From an uncultured Methanoregulaceae archaeon (GTDB lineage: Archaea > Halobacteriota > Methanomicrobia > Methanomicrobiales > Methanospirillaceae), in contig OY970343.1 in NCBI GenBank assembly GCA_963717525.1, forward strand, positions 672,001 to 736,000: a DNA stretch of 64,000 nt, read 5' to 3'. The notes below the pieces were generated by a model, which ran no database searches, had not been told where the DNA came from, and saw only the letters and a program-made list of their open reading frames with translations. Every line of letters starts with the position of its first letter. Within the stretch, counting starts at the first letter, position 1. This document shows, in pieces, positions 10,113 through 20,567 of the stretch. Position numbers and translations under genes: made by a program.

Positions 10113-11216
10113 TTAAATCTTTTGAGAAGTGTCAGGATTGCCGTTGGGTTGCGGTCCTTTATTCTCCGGCACGGGCAGGCGCCGGGGGATCCGTGATTTT
10201 TTTGCCTTGTAGTAACTGAGCGGGTGACTGACACGTTCGCAGAGTGCATTGCGGTGGACACAGAGGCCGGTTGTCTGCATCGCGGCGCATGCGGGGGTCG
10301 TATATTCGGTCCCCGTCCCTCCGCGCCCGGTGATATGCTCGACCTGGTACATGGTCTTCTCGACATCGAAGTCCGGGGAGCGGGCATAGAGCTCCGCGAT
10401 CCCGGTTGTGTTCATGCCGATGTTGTGGAGGAACGCGGTGAGCGAAAAACGGCCGGCATGCGTGAGGTTGGTGCCCGCCGCAAGTGCGGTGATAAGCGCC
10501 TGCATGCAGGGAGGAAAAGCGCCCTCTTCGACTTTGCCGAACTGCCGGAGCATCTGTTCCTGATATATTTTCTTGATCTCCGCAGCCTTTGGAGCGAGCT
10601 GTTCGCAGACCTCTTTTGGCACCCGGTGCGGAAGATCGCGGCGCAGGAGTACGCGGATTCGTTCCCTTAAAAGTTCGTAGCGCTCGTTCTTGTCTATTGC
10701 AACAACTCCCCGTTCAACGCGCCGGTTGACAAGCCGGTACCGGTCATCGTGCAAGGGAGCGACCAGCTCCACGTAATCGGGAACCGGCATCCGGTCCTGT
10801 GTGATCCTGATACCCATTTCGTCAGCAATTGCTACCCACAAACGAGAATACTCGCCGCCGTCCTGCACATAACGGCTGTTCCACTCTTCTTCGTTTACCA
10901 GAAAATAGTAGGCTCGCTCGGCCTCGTGCCGGGTGAGCCTGTCGATCAGCTGTTTGTCGTTGACGCAGGAAACGATAATCCGTGCGAGAGCATACGCGGC
11001 GATCTCATCCTCAGGTGAGTCGTGGACTTCGGGCGCACGGGTCTTCTTCTGGGATACTGCTTCCTTTATCCGGACAACCGCATGCGAAACCAGAGTGTGG
11101 CCTTTTTGCGTACCAAGAAGCGTACCTAGGGAGGCAAACCGGGACCTGATGGGATCCTGGGCTTTTTTTAAAAACGGAAAATGGGAAAGTTCCTTGCCGG
11201 AAGGCACAAACTCCAT
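10113..11216 (-). CDS. priL: DNA primase large subunit
   Basis: FPPCM, H.GRF, YQVEHI, YTTPAC, C...C, HPLSYY Fe-S domain motifs; adjacent to pcn. Confidence 0.93.
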   Translation of the reverse strand: MEFVPSGKELSHFPFLKKAQDPIRSRFASLGTLLGTQKGHTLVSHAVVRIKEAVSQKKTRAPEVHDSPEDEIAAYALARIIVSCVNDKQLIDRLTRHEAERAYYFLVNEEEWNSRYVQDGGEYSRLWVAIADEMGIRITQDRMPVPDYVELVAPLHDDRYRLVNRRVERGVVAIDKNERYELLRERIRVLLRRDLPHRVPKEVCEQLAPKAAEIKKIYQEQMLRQFGKVEEGAFPPCMQALITALAAGTNLTHAGRFSLTAFLHNIGMNTTGIAELYARSPDFDVEKTMYQVEHITGRGGTGTEYTTPACAAMQTTGLCVHRNALCERVSHPLSYYKAKKSRIPRRLPVPENKGPQPNGNPDTSQKI

Positions 11217-11960
11217 TCAGTCAGCCTCAATGCGGGGCGCAAGCAGGTACTCCACGTGCCCGTTGCCGCCCGCAATATCAAAGGAGAACCGGACCGGGTG
11301 ATCCACGCCGAGACAGATCTCGACTTCGGGAGCCCGTGACATCACCTTGCCCATATCCCTCAAATAGTCAAGGGAGAAGAGTGAGCGCGCCTCAACCGGG
11401 GAGAGCGACTTGAGTTCATCTTTACCGAACTCGCGCTGGATATGATCGGTATCTCCCTCGGCAACCATGTAAAAAGTCTGGTCCTTGGGATTGATGCCCA
11501 TCGCAATCTTATCTGATATGACGGCAGCCGCCTTGATCGCGTTGTTGAGATCTTCTCCGGAGATCACAACTTTCCCCGGGAGGTTGATGGTGGGGGAATT
11601 GGGATCTTTCCTTATGGTGTTCGTGTCCAGGAGTGTGATCGAGTAGTGGTATCCGTGGACGCTCACGGCCATTTTCTGGGCATTGTCCGCGAGTTCAAGG
11701 CTGATAAGGTCGCCCTTACCGCCCATGTTGAAGATGTTCTTCATCTTGGAGATGTCAACACCAAGCTCGCTTTTCGTGGCCCTGAAGGTATCAAACGCCT
11801 CTTTTTTCAGCGTGAATGCAATCATGGCGACATTGGCGGTATCCACTGCCCGGGTGGAGATACCATCTTCCGCTGTGTGCAGCCGGCACTCGGGAACGAG
11901 TGCCGAGATCGCTTCAATGGCCTCCCGGAATATATCTGCGTCAATGGTTGCTTTTAACAT
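11217..11960 (-). CDS. pcn: DNA polymerase sliding clamp PCNA
   Basis: AVDTANVAM, SLFSLDYL, YLLAPRIE. Confidence 0.96.
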   Translation of the reverse strand: MLKATIDADIFREAIEAISALVPECRLHTAEDGISTRAVDTANVAMIAFTLKKEAFDTFRATKSELGVDISKMKNIFNMGGKGDLISLELADNAQKMAVSVHGYHYSITLLDTNTIRKDPNSPTINLPGKVVISGEDLNNAIKAAAVISDKIAMGINPKDQTFYMVAEGDTDHIQREFGKDELKSLSPVEARSLFSLDYLRDMGKVMSRAPEVEICLGVDHPVRFSFDIAGGNGHVEYLLAPRIEAD

Positions 11961-12052
11961 CGCTTTCCCCTTAACAACTGTATTATACAGTATATCGTCA
12001 TACTTTAATTATAGCGTTTTGGGTTAGATTTTCAGATTTCAGGTGGAATGGC

Positions 12053-12634
12053 ATGGGTTCGCAATGGTCACGGGACAAGGTTTATATCAGGGCAAAACAT
12101 GAAGGGTTCCGCTCCCGGGCTTCCTTTAAACTGATCGAGATCCAGGAAAAGTTTGCCATCATCCGCTGTGACGATAATATCATCGACATTGGTGCAGCTC
12201 CCGGGAGCTGGCTCCAGGTGCTTCGCACGCTCACTGATGGCCGGGTCCTTGGAATTGACTTAAATCCTATCGCTGCCCTTGATGGCATCGAGACTATTGA
12301 AGGAGACCTGACTGAGCGGGCCATCCAACAGCGGGCACAGCAGATGCTTGGCACGGTCAGTGTCGTTGTCTGCGATGCCTCCCCAAAACTCTCGGGCCAC
12401 AAGAGCTACGACCAGGCCCGGGCCATCGCCTTGGGCGAAGAGGCCCTTTTATTTGCCTGCAACGTGTTAAAGATTGGCGGGAACTTTGTGATCAAATCGT
12501 TTCAGGGTGCGGACTTTCCGGAACTTCTCGGCATGATAAAAGAGCACTTCTACGTAGTGAAAACATACTCCACGAAGGCTACCCGCAAGGGAAGTACGGA
12601 AATTTATATCATCGCAAAGAACTTCAAAGGCTGA
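12053..12634 (+). CDS. rlmE: 23S rRNA 2'-O-methyltransferase RlmE/FtsJ
   Basis: GFRSRASFKL, DIGAAPGSW, CDASP, STEIY. Confidence 0.93.
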   Translation: MGSQWSRDKVYIRAKHEGFRSRASFKLIEIQEKFAIIRCDDNIIDIGAAPGSWLQVLRTLTDGRVLGIDLNPIAALDGIETIEGDLTERAIQQRAQQMLGTVSVVVCDASPKLSGHKSYDQARAIALGEEALLFACNVLKIGGNFVIKSFQGADFPELLGMIKEHFYVVKTYSTKATRKGSTEIYIIAKNFKG

Positions 12635-12640
12635 ACCGAC

Positions 12641-13531
12641 ATGCCCGCGACCGCGACGCTCAGGGATTCCTATGGACGACCAGTGACAAACCTCCGCATC
12701 AGCCTCACGTCCCGGTGCAATCTTTCCTGTATCTACTGCCATGCCGAAGGTGAGAAGAACCCGGATGCGGAGATGAGCGCACAGGAGATTATCGGGATCA
12801 TGAACGTCGCGGCAAAGTTCGGGATCCGGAGTATCAAATTTACCGGGGGAGAACCCCTTATCCGGCCGGACATCCTCGAGATCATCCGGGCCGTCCCCCG
12901 GGGGATCGAATCGTCCCTCACGACAAACGGCATACTGCTTGGGGACATGGCAGAGGATCTCAAAAGCGCCGGGCTCCGCAGGGTCAATGTCAGCCTCGAC
13001 AGCCTGAACCCCGACACCTACAAGCGGATCACGGGGAGTGACCGGCTGGGCGAGGTGCTTGCCGGGATCGATGCGGCGCTCAAAGCGGGCCTTACCCCGG
13101 TCAAACTCAACATGGTGGTCCTGTGCGGGATCAACGACAACGAGATCGACGACTTCCTCGGGTACGTACGTGGGAACCGAGATCTCGTTCTCCAGCTCAT
13201 CGAACTGATGCATTTCAAAGACTGCGATTATCATGGCGACCTGCGGGGTGTCGAAGCGATGCTTGCCTCACGTTCGAGTGAAGTCCTCACGCGCAGGATG
13301 CACCACAGGAAAAAGTATTGTCTTGACGGTGCCGAGGTCGAGGTCGTGCGCCCGCTCCACAACACCGAATTCTGCGCATACTGCAACCGGCTCCGGGTTA
13401 CCTCGGATGGCAAACTCAAACCCTGCCTGTTGCGGGCGGACAACCATATCACGGTCCGGGGAAAAAAAGGTGCGGAGCTCGAAGCGCTGTTCCGGCAGGC
13501 TGTTGAACAACGCGAACCTTTTTTCAAGTGA
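12641..13531 (+). CDS. moaA: GTP 3',8-cyclase MoaA (radical SAM)
   Basis: LRISLT, CNLSCIYCH, FTGGEP, FCAYCNRLRVTSDGKLKPCL. Confidence 0.94.
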   Translation: MPATATLRDSYGRPVTNLRISLTSRCNLSCIYCHAEGEKNPDAEMSAQEIIGIMNVAAKFGIRSIKFTGGEPLIRPDILEIIRAVPRGIESSLTTNGILLGDMAEDLKSAGLRRVNVSLDSLNPDTYKRITGSDRLGEVLAGIDAALKAGLTPVKLNMVVLCGINDNEIDDFLGYVRGNRDLVLQLIELMHFKDCDYHGDLRGVEAMLASRSSEVLTRRMHHRKKYCLDGAEVEVVRPLHNTEFCAYCNRLRVTSDGKLKPCLLRADNHITVRGKKGAELEALFRQAVEQREPFFK

Positions 13532-13636
13532 ATCCGCACGTCCACCCCCGGGACTTGAGATACCGGACGTTGGCATACCTGAAAGGAAGTATGTTTACGG
13601 GGCTTTATTTACAATTCCGGCATACACTAGGATTGT

Positions 13637-14146
13637 ATGACCACTGACAATGAGTATGTCCATGTCCTTTCCCACCTTTACGAAAAATCCCTGATCCTTC
13701 ACGATACGTCGCTTTTTGATAAGATCCTGTACTTCTTCTTTGTCGATGCCCTCGCCCATATCGACTACACCTGCAGCATCTACGCGTACAATTACCAGTC
13801 ACCGAAAAATATCATGGGCGCAGAGTACATGCGCTGGCGTATCGACGAGGAAAAAAAGGGAGATCGCGTTCATTTCCTCGCGTTTATGGTATGGCTCAAG
13901 GAGAACCGTCCGGAAAAATTTGCAAAACTGCCTGCACTCTGGCAGATCATTTATGATCCGGATGATCCCGCGAGCTACCGGAGTTTCCGGATCGTCCCCG
14001 ACCCGGACAGCAGGCAGGCCGTACCGACCAGTTTCTTCTTCATTATCATTGACGAATTTTTCGAGCAGGAGTTCCTGAAAAGCCTGTACGAGGACGCATC
14101 GCTCTCCCGGCTCTTTGCAGAATTCCTCTCGCAGAAAAAGGCCTGA
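13637..14146 (+). CDS. Hypothetical protein
   Basis: 169-aa ORF with native-looking composition, co-oriented between moaA and the M20 gene. Confidence 0.7.
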   Translation: MTTDNEYVHVLSHLYEKSLILHDTSLFDKILYFFFVDALAHIDYTCSIYAYNYQSPKNIMGAEYMRWRIDEEKKGDRVHFLAFMVWLKENRPEKFAKLPALWQIIYDPDDPASYRSFRIVPDPDSRQAVPTSFFFIIIDEFFEQEFLKSLYEDASLSRLFAEFLSQKKA

Positions 14147-14164
14147 TGAGAACGGAGAATCGCC

Positions 14165-15349
14165 ATGATTGAGCCCCAGAAGATCTGCTCGGACCTTGTC
14201 TCGCTCAAAAGCGAGAACCCACCGGGAGATACCTACGGGCCCATTGAATACATCAGGAATTTCCTCGAAGAACGGGGCATCGGGTCGAAGGTGATCTGTA
14301 TGCCGGGCGGGAGGTGCAACCTAATGACAACGGGGAACCTGCGACCGCTCATGCTCTGCGGGCACGTTGACGTGGTCCCGGCCCTTGATGAAGGCTGGAC
14401 TCACCCCCCGTTCTCCGGCGCCATAGAAAGCGGGTATGTCTGGGGCCGGGGATCGAGCGATATGAAAGGCGGTTGTGCGGCGATCCTTTCGGCATGCGAT
14501 GCACTGGCAGAGGCGGGAGAAGCCCTTCCGGCCACCCTTGTGTTTGTCTGCGACGAGGAAACCGGGGGTGAATACGGAATCCGATACCTGCTTGAAAAAA
14601 ATATGCTGAACCCCTGTGACTGCCTGATCGCCGAGCCGAGCCCTGCCCTCCACCCGTGCATCGGCCAGAAAGGGCTCTGCCGTCTGGAACTCAGATTTAC
14701 CGGCACGCCCGGCCACGGTTCACTGTACCCAATTGTCGGGGTAAGCGCAGTGATGGAAGCAATAAGGCTGCTTGATTATGTAAACGGCCTCCACGAACGG
14801 ACATTCCCCCTGAATGTGGACCTCCGGGATATTATCAGGACCTCTTCAAGGGTATTTGCTGAGGAGTTCCGGATGGAGAAGGGTAGCGAGATCCTTGAAC
14901 GTGTGACGTTTAACCCGGGCATTATTGCAGGGGGAGAGAAGGTTAATATTGTCGCCCAGCACTGTGATCTCGATCTCGAAATGCGTATCCCGTGGGGATG
15001 CAGCATCCACGACCTTATCCCGGAGATTATGGCGCATTCCTCTCATGCAGCCATCGTAAAGGAGACTGTGCATGAACCATCGCTCACCGATCCCGCGTGC
15101 GATTTCGTGTCCCTGGTCTGCCGGGAGGTGGAAGTTGTACAGGGAAGGCCGGTCTCTCCCATCCTCCAGTGGGCGGCAAGCGATGCCCGTCACCTGCGAT
15201 TTGCGGGATTCCGGGTGATCGAATACGGCCCGGGCGAGCTTGCCACACTGCACGGGACCAACGAACGGGTCACCGTATCCTCGCTTGAGAAGGCTGCGGA
15301 CATCTACCTGCGGATCATGCGGGCATATGGTTCACGCAGTTCTGTATAA
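14165..15349 (+). CDS. M20 family metallopeptidase (ArgE/DapE-like)
   Basis: GHVDVVP, GRGSSDMKGG, DEETGG, AEP, LHGTNE. Confidence 0.9.
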   Translation: MIEPQKICSDLVSLKSENPPGDTYGPIEYIRNFLEERGIGSKVICMPGGRCNLMTTGNLRPLMLCGHVDVVPALDEGWTHPPFSGAIESGYVWGRGSSDMKGGCAAILSACDALAEAGEALPATLVFVCDEETGGEYGIRYLLEKNMLNPCDCLIAEPSPALHPCIGQKGLCRLELRFTGTPGHGSLYPIVGVSAVMEAIRLLDYVNGLHERTFPLNVDLRDIIRTSSRVFAEEFRMEKGSEILERVTFNPGIIAGGEKVNIVAQHCDLDLEMRIPWGCSIHDLIPEIMAHSSHAAIVKETVHEPSLTDPACDFVSLVCREVEVVQGRPVSPILQWAASDARHLRFAGFRVIEYGPGELATLHGTNERVTVSSLEKAADIYLRIMRAYGSRSSV

Positions 15350-15467
15350 TAAGTCACGGTTTTTTCGATCGGGATACCGTGAAGATCTTTTCGCGTGTTG
15401 CACTTTTTAAGACCATTAAGGGGCAGCTCCTAACCGTCCATGAGCACGAAAAATCCTGAACGGATTT

Positions 15468-15521
15468 GTCACATGTACATCCAACGGTTTGAAGTACATG
15501 TGACTGTTGGATGTACATCCA
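15468..15521. repeat. Interlocked inverted repeats with three GTACAT copies
   Basis: GTCACATGTAC(15468-78)/GTACATGTGAC(15494-504); ATGTACATCCAAC(15473-85)/GTTGGATGTACAT(15506-18); perfect palindrome GGATGTACATCC at 15509-20. Confidence 0.8.
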
Positions 15522-15687
15522 CCTATTTTTCTCTTTCTTTACGATGGAGGTTTCCGGTCGAGTGGGGTACCTTAGTGATGCAGTGCCCGAAACCGGCCCC
15601 GGGATATGCTGTCGCATGCCTCCATCTTTACGGCCCGGCAACAGATCAAACACTCGTTTCGTATCGAAAAAAGAGAATTCAGTCCGG

Positions 15688-16686
15688 TCACCGGTTCTTT
15701 CCTTTCCCTCTCAATGCAAGGAGCACTGCAGCAGCACCTAGGCCCGCAAGGACCGGGACCGGTGACAATGGAGTAAACGTGGTACGGGTCGGGACCGGCG
15801 TTTGCTGCGTTGCCGGGGGTGTTGTAGTTGTCTGCCCAGTTTGCGTGACGGTGATCGCAAAGGTTGCAACCGGGGTCGGGGTTGCGCTCGTGGGTGTAAT
15901 CCCGCCAAGATACCAGGGCGCCTGCGTGGGTGTGGGTGTATAGGTACTTACAGAGATCTGCCCCATACCCATGGCTGCATTCAGGTTCACCTGCGCTGCG
16001 GTGTACGTGGGGTCCAGGCTGAGCGCGGTGTTAAAGCAGGGGAGTGCATCCTGGAACCGGCCCAGCGCAACGAGCGCCTCACCTTTGTTGTTCCAGATTT
16101 GTGCATTCTTGGTTGTCAGGCTAGTTGCCGTGTTAAACGCGGTGAGAGCGTCTGAATACTGGCCAAGGGACATGTCCAAAAGACCGATCTGGTTCCAGAC
16201 CAGCGGATCATTGGGGTTGAGGTTTGTGCACTGGGAATAGGCAGTGAGCGCCTGGGCGGTGTTGTTCACCTGCACATACGAATAGGCAAGGTTGCAATAA
16301 GCAGAGGCTTGGTTGAAGACGACCGAAGTGTAATTGGTGTAGGCCCCGATTGCGTCGTTATACTGGCCGAGAGAGAAAAGAGCATCTGCCCGGGCTCCGA
16401 GTGCAGTCGGGCTTGAGCGTATGGCAACCGCTTGGTTTGCAGCGGTGAGAGCAGCGGAGTACTGGCCCAACGCATTGAGCGCCGCTGCCTCCCCGGCGTA
16501 CGCTGCATCATAGGTGGGATTAAGTGCGAGTGCGTTGTTGTAATAGGTCACCGCGTCCGCATAATCCCCGTTCGCTGCCGAGTTCTGGGCCTTTGTGTAC
16601 CATTCAATGGCATCCTCAGCTGCCACTGCCGGGATGAGGAAGAGAACGATAAGAATCAGGATGCCCACTTTTGCGCTCGTCTGCAT
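15688..16686 (-). CDS. Secreted TPR-repeat protein with Thr/Pro linker and C-terminal membrane anchor
   Basis: Signal peptide; about six TPRs (W..KG..L..LG.Y.DA...F..A..L.P); tail TPLSPVPVLAGLGAAAVLLALRGKGKNR. Confidence 0.88.
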   Translation of the reverse strand: MQTSAKVGILILIVLFLIPAVAAEDAIEWYTKAQNSAANGDYADAVTYYNNALALNPTYDAAYAGEAAALNALGQYSAALTAANQAVAIRSSPTALGARADALFSLGQYNDAIGAYTNYTSVVFNQASAYCNLAYSYVQVNNTAQALTAYSQCTNLNPNDPLVWNQIGLLDMSLGQYSDALTAFNTATSLTTKNAQIWNNKGEALVALGRFQDALPCFNTALSLDPTYTAAQVNLNAAMGMGQISVSTYTPTPTQAPWYLGGITPTSATPTPVATFAITVTQTGQTTTTPPATQQTPVPTRTTFTPLSPVPVLAGLGAAAVLLALRGKGKNR

Positions 16687-16756
16687 AACCGAAAATTCTC
16701 TCTTAAAACAGATGAATCTATTGTTTATTCAGGCACTGGGCAAGATAAGGCAGGTT

Positions 16757-17884
16757 TTACTGCGCCGGTTGAGGACAATGGCTGTGCCAGCCGCAGATCG
16801 ACAGGGCTACCGTCCCGCCAAGGGCAGCCGTCACGAGGAATGCATCAGGATACCCCGCACCCGCAGCAACGATTCCGGCAATAAAAGGAAGGATCGTCAT
16901 GCCTAGGTAACTGGAGGTCGAAAAGAGGCCCATAACCCGCCCTTGGCAATCCTGCTCTCCGGCAAGGGCCGTCATTTGGGCGACCATCACGATCCCGGCA
17001 AGGATGCCAAGCACGATGAACCCGAGTGGGGATATATACGCGAGAAGAACCCCCCCGATCATGAATACTGCCGACCACCGGATGGCTGGTAGTGCCGGCA
17101 CCGGAAACCGGGAGATAACGAGGACGGTTATAATGGTCGTCACGCTCATCCCCGCGATCCAGAAACCGAGTACATCCGCCGGTTCACCGGAAAATGCCGG
17201 GTAGAGTGAAGCGACAACTCCGGTGATACCGACAAGGATGATCGCTGAATACCACAGCCGGCCATGGGAGATAACAAGTGCAGCAACCTCCTGGAACTCC
17301 TTTCCGCTGTGGCTCACAGCAGGTTTCCGGTGACCGCCATCCGGCCGTGAGGGCGGTGGCGTCGTCTCACGGAAGACAAGACTCGCAACCAGTGCAGCCA
17401 GTGAGAGTGCAGTAAAAACCCCGATCCCGAGAGCCGGCTGCATAAACCGCACGGCAAGCCAGCCGGATGCAGCAAGCCCGAGAACGAGCCCGAAGTTGAG
17501 CATCGCAAGGTAATAGCCGCTCATACGGGTGTGATCCGGCTGCGAGTTGATATACGACATTCCGGCAGCGATGAAGAAGCCGGCACCGAGCCCTTCGGCC
17601 AGCCGCAGTACAATTACCGTCAGCGGGCCGGTAGTGCAGAAAAGCAGTGCGCCGCCTATCACGGTCAGCCCAAGGCCGGCTTGTATGATCGGTGTACGGC
17701 CGTATCGGTCGGAAAGGATTCCCCCCGGGAGAGTTGAGAAAAAAGCCCCCAGGAAATATGCGGCGTAGATGGCACCTTCCCATGCAGCCCCGGTGGCAAA
17801 CGCCGGAAGGACCGGCACAATGGCATTCGAGAGTGCCATCACCGCAAAGACGCCCAGGCAGACAACAAGAAGGTATGCCTTCAT
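16757..17884 (-). CDS. MFS transporter
   Basis: GILSDRYGR motif A, LRLAEGLG, about 12 hydrophobic segments. Confidence 0.88.
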   Translation of the reverse strand: MKAYLLVVCLGVFAVMALSNAIVPVLPAFATGAAWEGAIYAAYFLGAFFSTLPGGILSDRYGRTPIIQAGLGLTVIGGALLFCTTGPLTVIVLRLAEGLGAGFFIAAGMSYINSQPDHTRMSGYYLAMLNFGLVLGLAASGWLAVRFMQPALGIGVFTALSLAALVASLVFRETTPPPSRPDGGHRKPAVSHSGKEFQEVAALVISHGRLWYSAIILVGITGVVASLYPAFSGEPADVLGFWIAGMSVTTIITVLVISRFPVPALPAIRWSAVFMIGGVLLAYISPLGFIVLGILAGIVMVAQMTALAGEQDCQGRVMGLFSTSSYLGMTILPFIAGIVAAGAGYPDAFLVTAALGGTVALSICGWHSHCPQPAQ

Positions 17885-17897
17885 CGAACGGTCCGGG

Positions 17898-19817
17898 CTA
17901 TACCATGCGGTACGTCTCAAGGTTCATCGGCGAGTGCGTCTGGATGTGGTAACGCTTGTAGATGGAACTGGCAAGATCGATGGTGTTGTTCTCGTCGCCG
18001 TGGATACAGAAGATCTTCTCGGGCCGCGGCTGGATCTGGCCGATGTAATTCATCAGCTGCCGGCGATCGGAGTGCCCCGAGAACCCGTCGATGGTATCGA
18101 TCTCGAGGTTTATAGTGATCGTGCCTTTCCGGCCCAGAGGCACCTCGCGCCATCCTTTCTGGATGCGCCTGCCCTGCGTTCCGTCAGCCTGGTAACCGAC
18201 AAAGACGAGCGCGTTCTTCTCGTCCTCTGCAAGGTTGAGGAGGTATTCCATGACCGGGCCGCCGTTAAGCATGCCGCTGGTGGATATGATCACACAGGGA
18301 TCGCCGTTGATCACCTTCTCGCGGAGCTCGGATGAGTCTACCTGCTGGAAACACTCGGCAAGGAAGGGGTTCATCCCTTCCCGGAAGATCAGATTGCGGA
18401 GATCGTTGTTGAGGTACTCCGGGTAGGTGGTATGGATCGCCGTCGCCTCGCGGATCATGCCGTCGAGGTAGATCTTGACATGCGGGATCTTTCCGAGGCG
18501 CATGCCCTCTTCGAGAGCGAGCATGACTTCCTGCGATCTGCCGACAGCAAATGCGGGGATGATCACCTTGCCGCCGCGTGAGAGTACCTTGTTGATGGTC
18601 TCGTAGAGTTTCAGTTCTGCATCCGAGCGTGCCGGCTGGAAATCGTTTGAACCGCCGTATGTGCTCTCCATGAAGAGTGCTTCAAGCCGGGGGAACTGGT
18701 TGATGGCCGGATTAAAAAGACGGCTTTTGCTGTAGTTGAAATCCCCGGTGAAGGCAATATTGTACAATCCGTCGCCAATGTGGAAATGTGCGATCGCGGA
18801 ACCAAGGATATGGCCCGCGTTATGGAAGGTGAGCTTGATATCGGGGGCAATATCGGTGACGCTGCCATAATTGAGGGTGATCGAATGCCGGATGTAGGTC
18901 TTGACCTCGTTTGAGCTGTAGGGGATCTTGCGGTCCTCTTTGTTGATGACATCCAAGTAATCCAGCTGGAGCATCGCGGAGAGGTCACGGGTCGGCGGGG
19001 TCGAGTAGACCGGGCCTTCGTACCCGTACTTGTAAAGGAGGGGGATCAGCGCACAGTGGTCGAGGTGGGCGTGCGTAAGGACCACTGCGTCGAGCTGGGC
19101 GAGGGGATGGATTTCAGGGACGTAGAGGTACGGTGTGCCGTTTGAGTTGTCGGGTTTTTCCCCACAATCGATGAGCACGCGACTGTCCGGGGTGGTGAGC
19201 AGAAATGCAGCCCGGCCGACCTCGCGGCAACAGCCAAGGGTAGTAACCCGTGCCCACTGGTCTTTCCGGGTTGCATCCTTGTTTGCCTCGTCGCGTCCCG
19301 GGATGTCGCGGTGGATGCGCCGCCCAATCGTACGCAGGAAGGTTTTACGCTCCTCATTGACTGAGCGCAGGTACTGGCGGACCTGTTTTACGGTACTGCT
19401 CTCGATAGGTGGGGTGCGGACGACCTTGGGTGTCCAGCCGATGTGCTTGGTGATCTCACGCAGGGTGATCCCGTTTTTCCCGATGACCACGCCAGGTTTT
19501 TCTGCCTCGATGAGAACCTCCCCGGTGTCCGGGTCAAAAAAGATATCCGTTATACCGGAGGACTCCGGCACCACTGCCCGGATCTCGGTTGCTGCTTTCT
19601 CGGGGTCTTCGAGGATGGTGGGACGGACGACGATGCGTTTTCGTAAGTCCCGGGCAAGCACCCGGATCAGGTCAGCTTCATCAGCAAACCGCTTGGGATC
19701 ATCAGTGTAGATTACCAGTTCTGGCCCTTCGAATTCAACTTCAGTAACCCTGATGCCCGCGGGCACCCGTTCGTTTATTTTATCCCTGAGCTCTTTGAGC
19801 CGATCTTCAATCAACAT
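17898..19817 (-). CDS. fttA: Beta-CASP ribonuclease aCPSF1 / transcription termination factor FttA
   Basis: N-terminal KH domains (VVIGKNG), THAHLDH, AGHILGS, FSGHSD, HGD. Confidence 0.95.
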   Translation of the reverse strand: MLIEDRLKELRDKINERVPAGIRVTEVEFEGPELVIYTDDPKRFADEADLIRVLARDLRKRIVVRPTILEDPEKAATEIRAVVPESSGITDIFFDPDTGEVLIEAEKPGVVIGKNGITLREITKHIGWTPKVVRTPPIESSTVKQVRQYLRSVNEERKTFLRTIGRRIHRDIPGRDEANKDATRKDQWARVTTLGCCREVGRAAFLLTTPDSRVLIDCGEKPDNSNGTPYLYVPEIHPLAQLDAVVLTHAHLDHCALIPLLYKYGYEGPVYSTPPTRDLSAMLQLDYLDVINKEDRKIPYSSNEVKTYIRHSITLNYGSVTDIAPDIKLTFHNAGHILGSAIAHFHIGDGLYNIAFTGDFNYSKSRLFNPAINQFPRLEALFMESTYGGSNDFQPARSDAELKLYETINKVLSRGGKVIIPAFAVGRSQEVMLALEEGMRLGKIPHVKIYLDGMIREATAIHTTYPEYLNNDLRNLIFREGMNPFLAECFQQVDSSELREKVINGDPCVIISTSGMLNGGPVMEYLLNLAEDEKNALVFVGYQADGTQGRRIQKGWREVPLGRKGTITINLEIDTIDGFSGHSDRRQLMNYIGQIQPRPEKIFCIHGDENNTIDLASSIYKRYHIQTHSPMNLETYRMV

Positions 19818-19841
19818 AACAATGAACGTCCTAAAAAGAGA

Positions 19842-20483
19842 TTATGCGGAATTTTTGACAAGGTATTTCTTGAGCTGGTCTTCGTCAAGTGCCTGATACC
19901 TGTCCTTGGTAATGACCACAACATGGATCCCTTCACCGGATCCGGCATCGCGTTTCATCGCAGACCGCAGGGCGCGGACCGCCAGCTCGATGGCTTCGTC
20001 CTCGTTCATGCCCGGTTGGTAACGGTCTTCCAGAACACCGTAGGCCATAGGTGAACCGGAACCGGTCGAGACAATGTCCTCTTCCTTGGTTGCTCCGCCC
20101 ATGGCGTCGACCGAGTAGACACTCGGCCCATGCTCGTCTATACCCCCGACGAGCAGCTGGACATAATACGGGAAATAACGGTTCTGGTTTAAATAATTGG
20201 AGAGCAGGGTTGACGCGGCCCCGACCGTGATCGCCCGCGACCTGCGAATCTGATACAGGTTGCATTCGACGGTAATGATCCGGGCCAGCTGCTGGGCATC
20301 ACCGACACCACCGGCTATGGTCATGCCAATCCTATCGGCAATCTGGTAAACCTTCTTTGCACGCTTGCTTGCGATCATATAACCCATGGTCGCACGTTTT
20401 TCCGTGGCAAGGATCACCCCTCCGGCAAAAACCAGACCCACCGTTGTTGTCCCTGTCATAGATTCCTGGTACTGTTCAGGCAT
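19842..20483 (-). CDS. psmB: Proteasome subunit beta
   Basis: Short propeptide then TG|TTTVG, GSGS, RDAGSG. Confidence 0.95.
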   Translation of the reverse strand: MPEQYQESMTGTTTVGLVFAGGVILATEKRATMGYMIASKRAKKVYQIADRIGMTIAGGVGDAQQLARIITVECNLYQIRRSRAITVGAASTLLSNYLNQNRYFPYYVQLLVGGIDEHGPSVYSVDAMGGATKEEDIVSTGSGSPMAYGVLEDRYQPGMNEDEAIELAVRALRSAMKRDAGSGEGIHVVVITKDRYQALDEDQLKKYLVKNSA

Positions 20484-20567
20484 ATCACACCTCAAAAACA
20501 AATGAACGCCAAAAATCAATTAAAAGCGTTTTATGGTATAAGATGACACCTGAAAACTTAAAGGTTG

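Noticed and set aside
14165..15349. Calling the M20 enzyme dapE because of the nearby dap genes
   Set aside because: Not in the dap operon, motifs do not determine substrate, and methanogens generally use the DapL route
15468..15504. dif/Xer site interpretation of the 11-bp inverted repeat
   Set aside because: Spacer is 15 bp, not the 6 bp typical of dif sites
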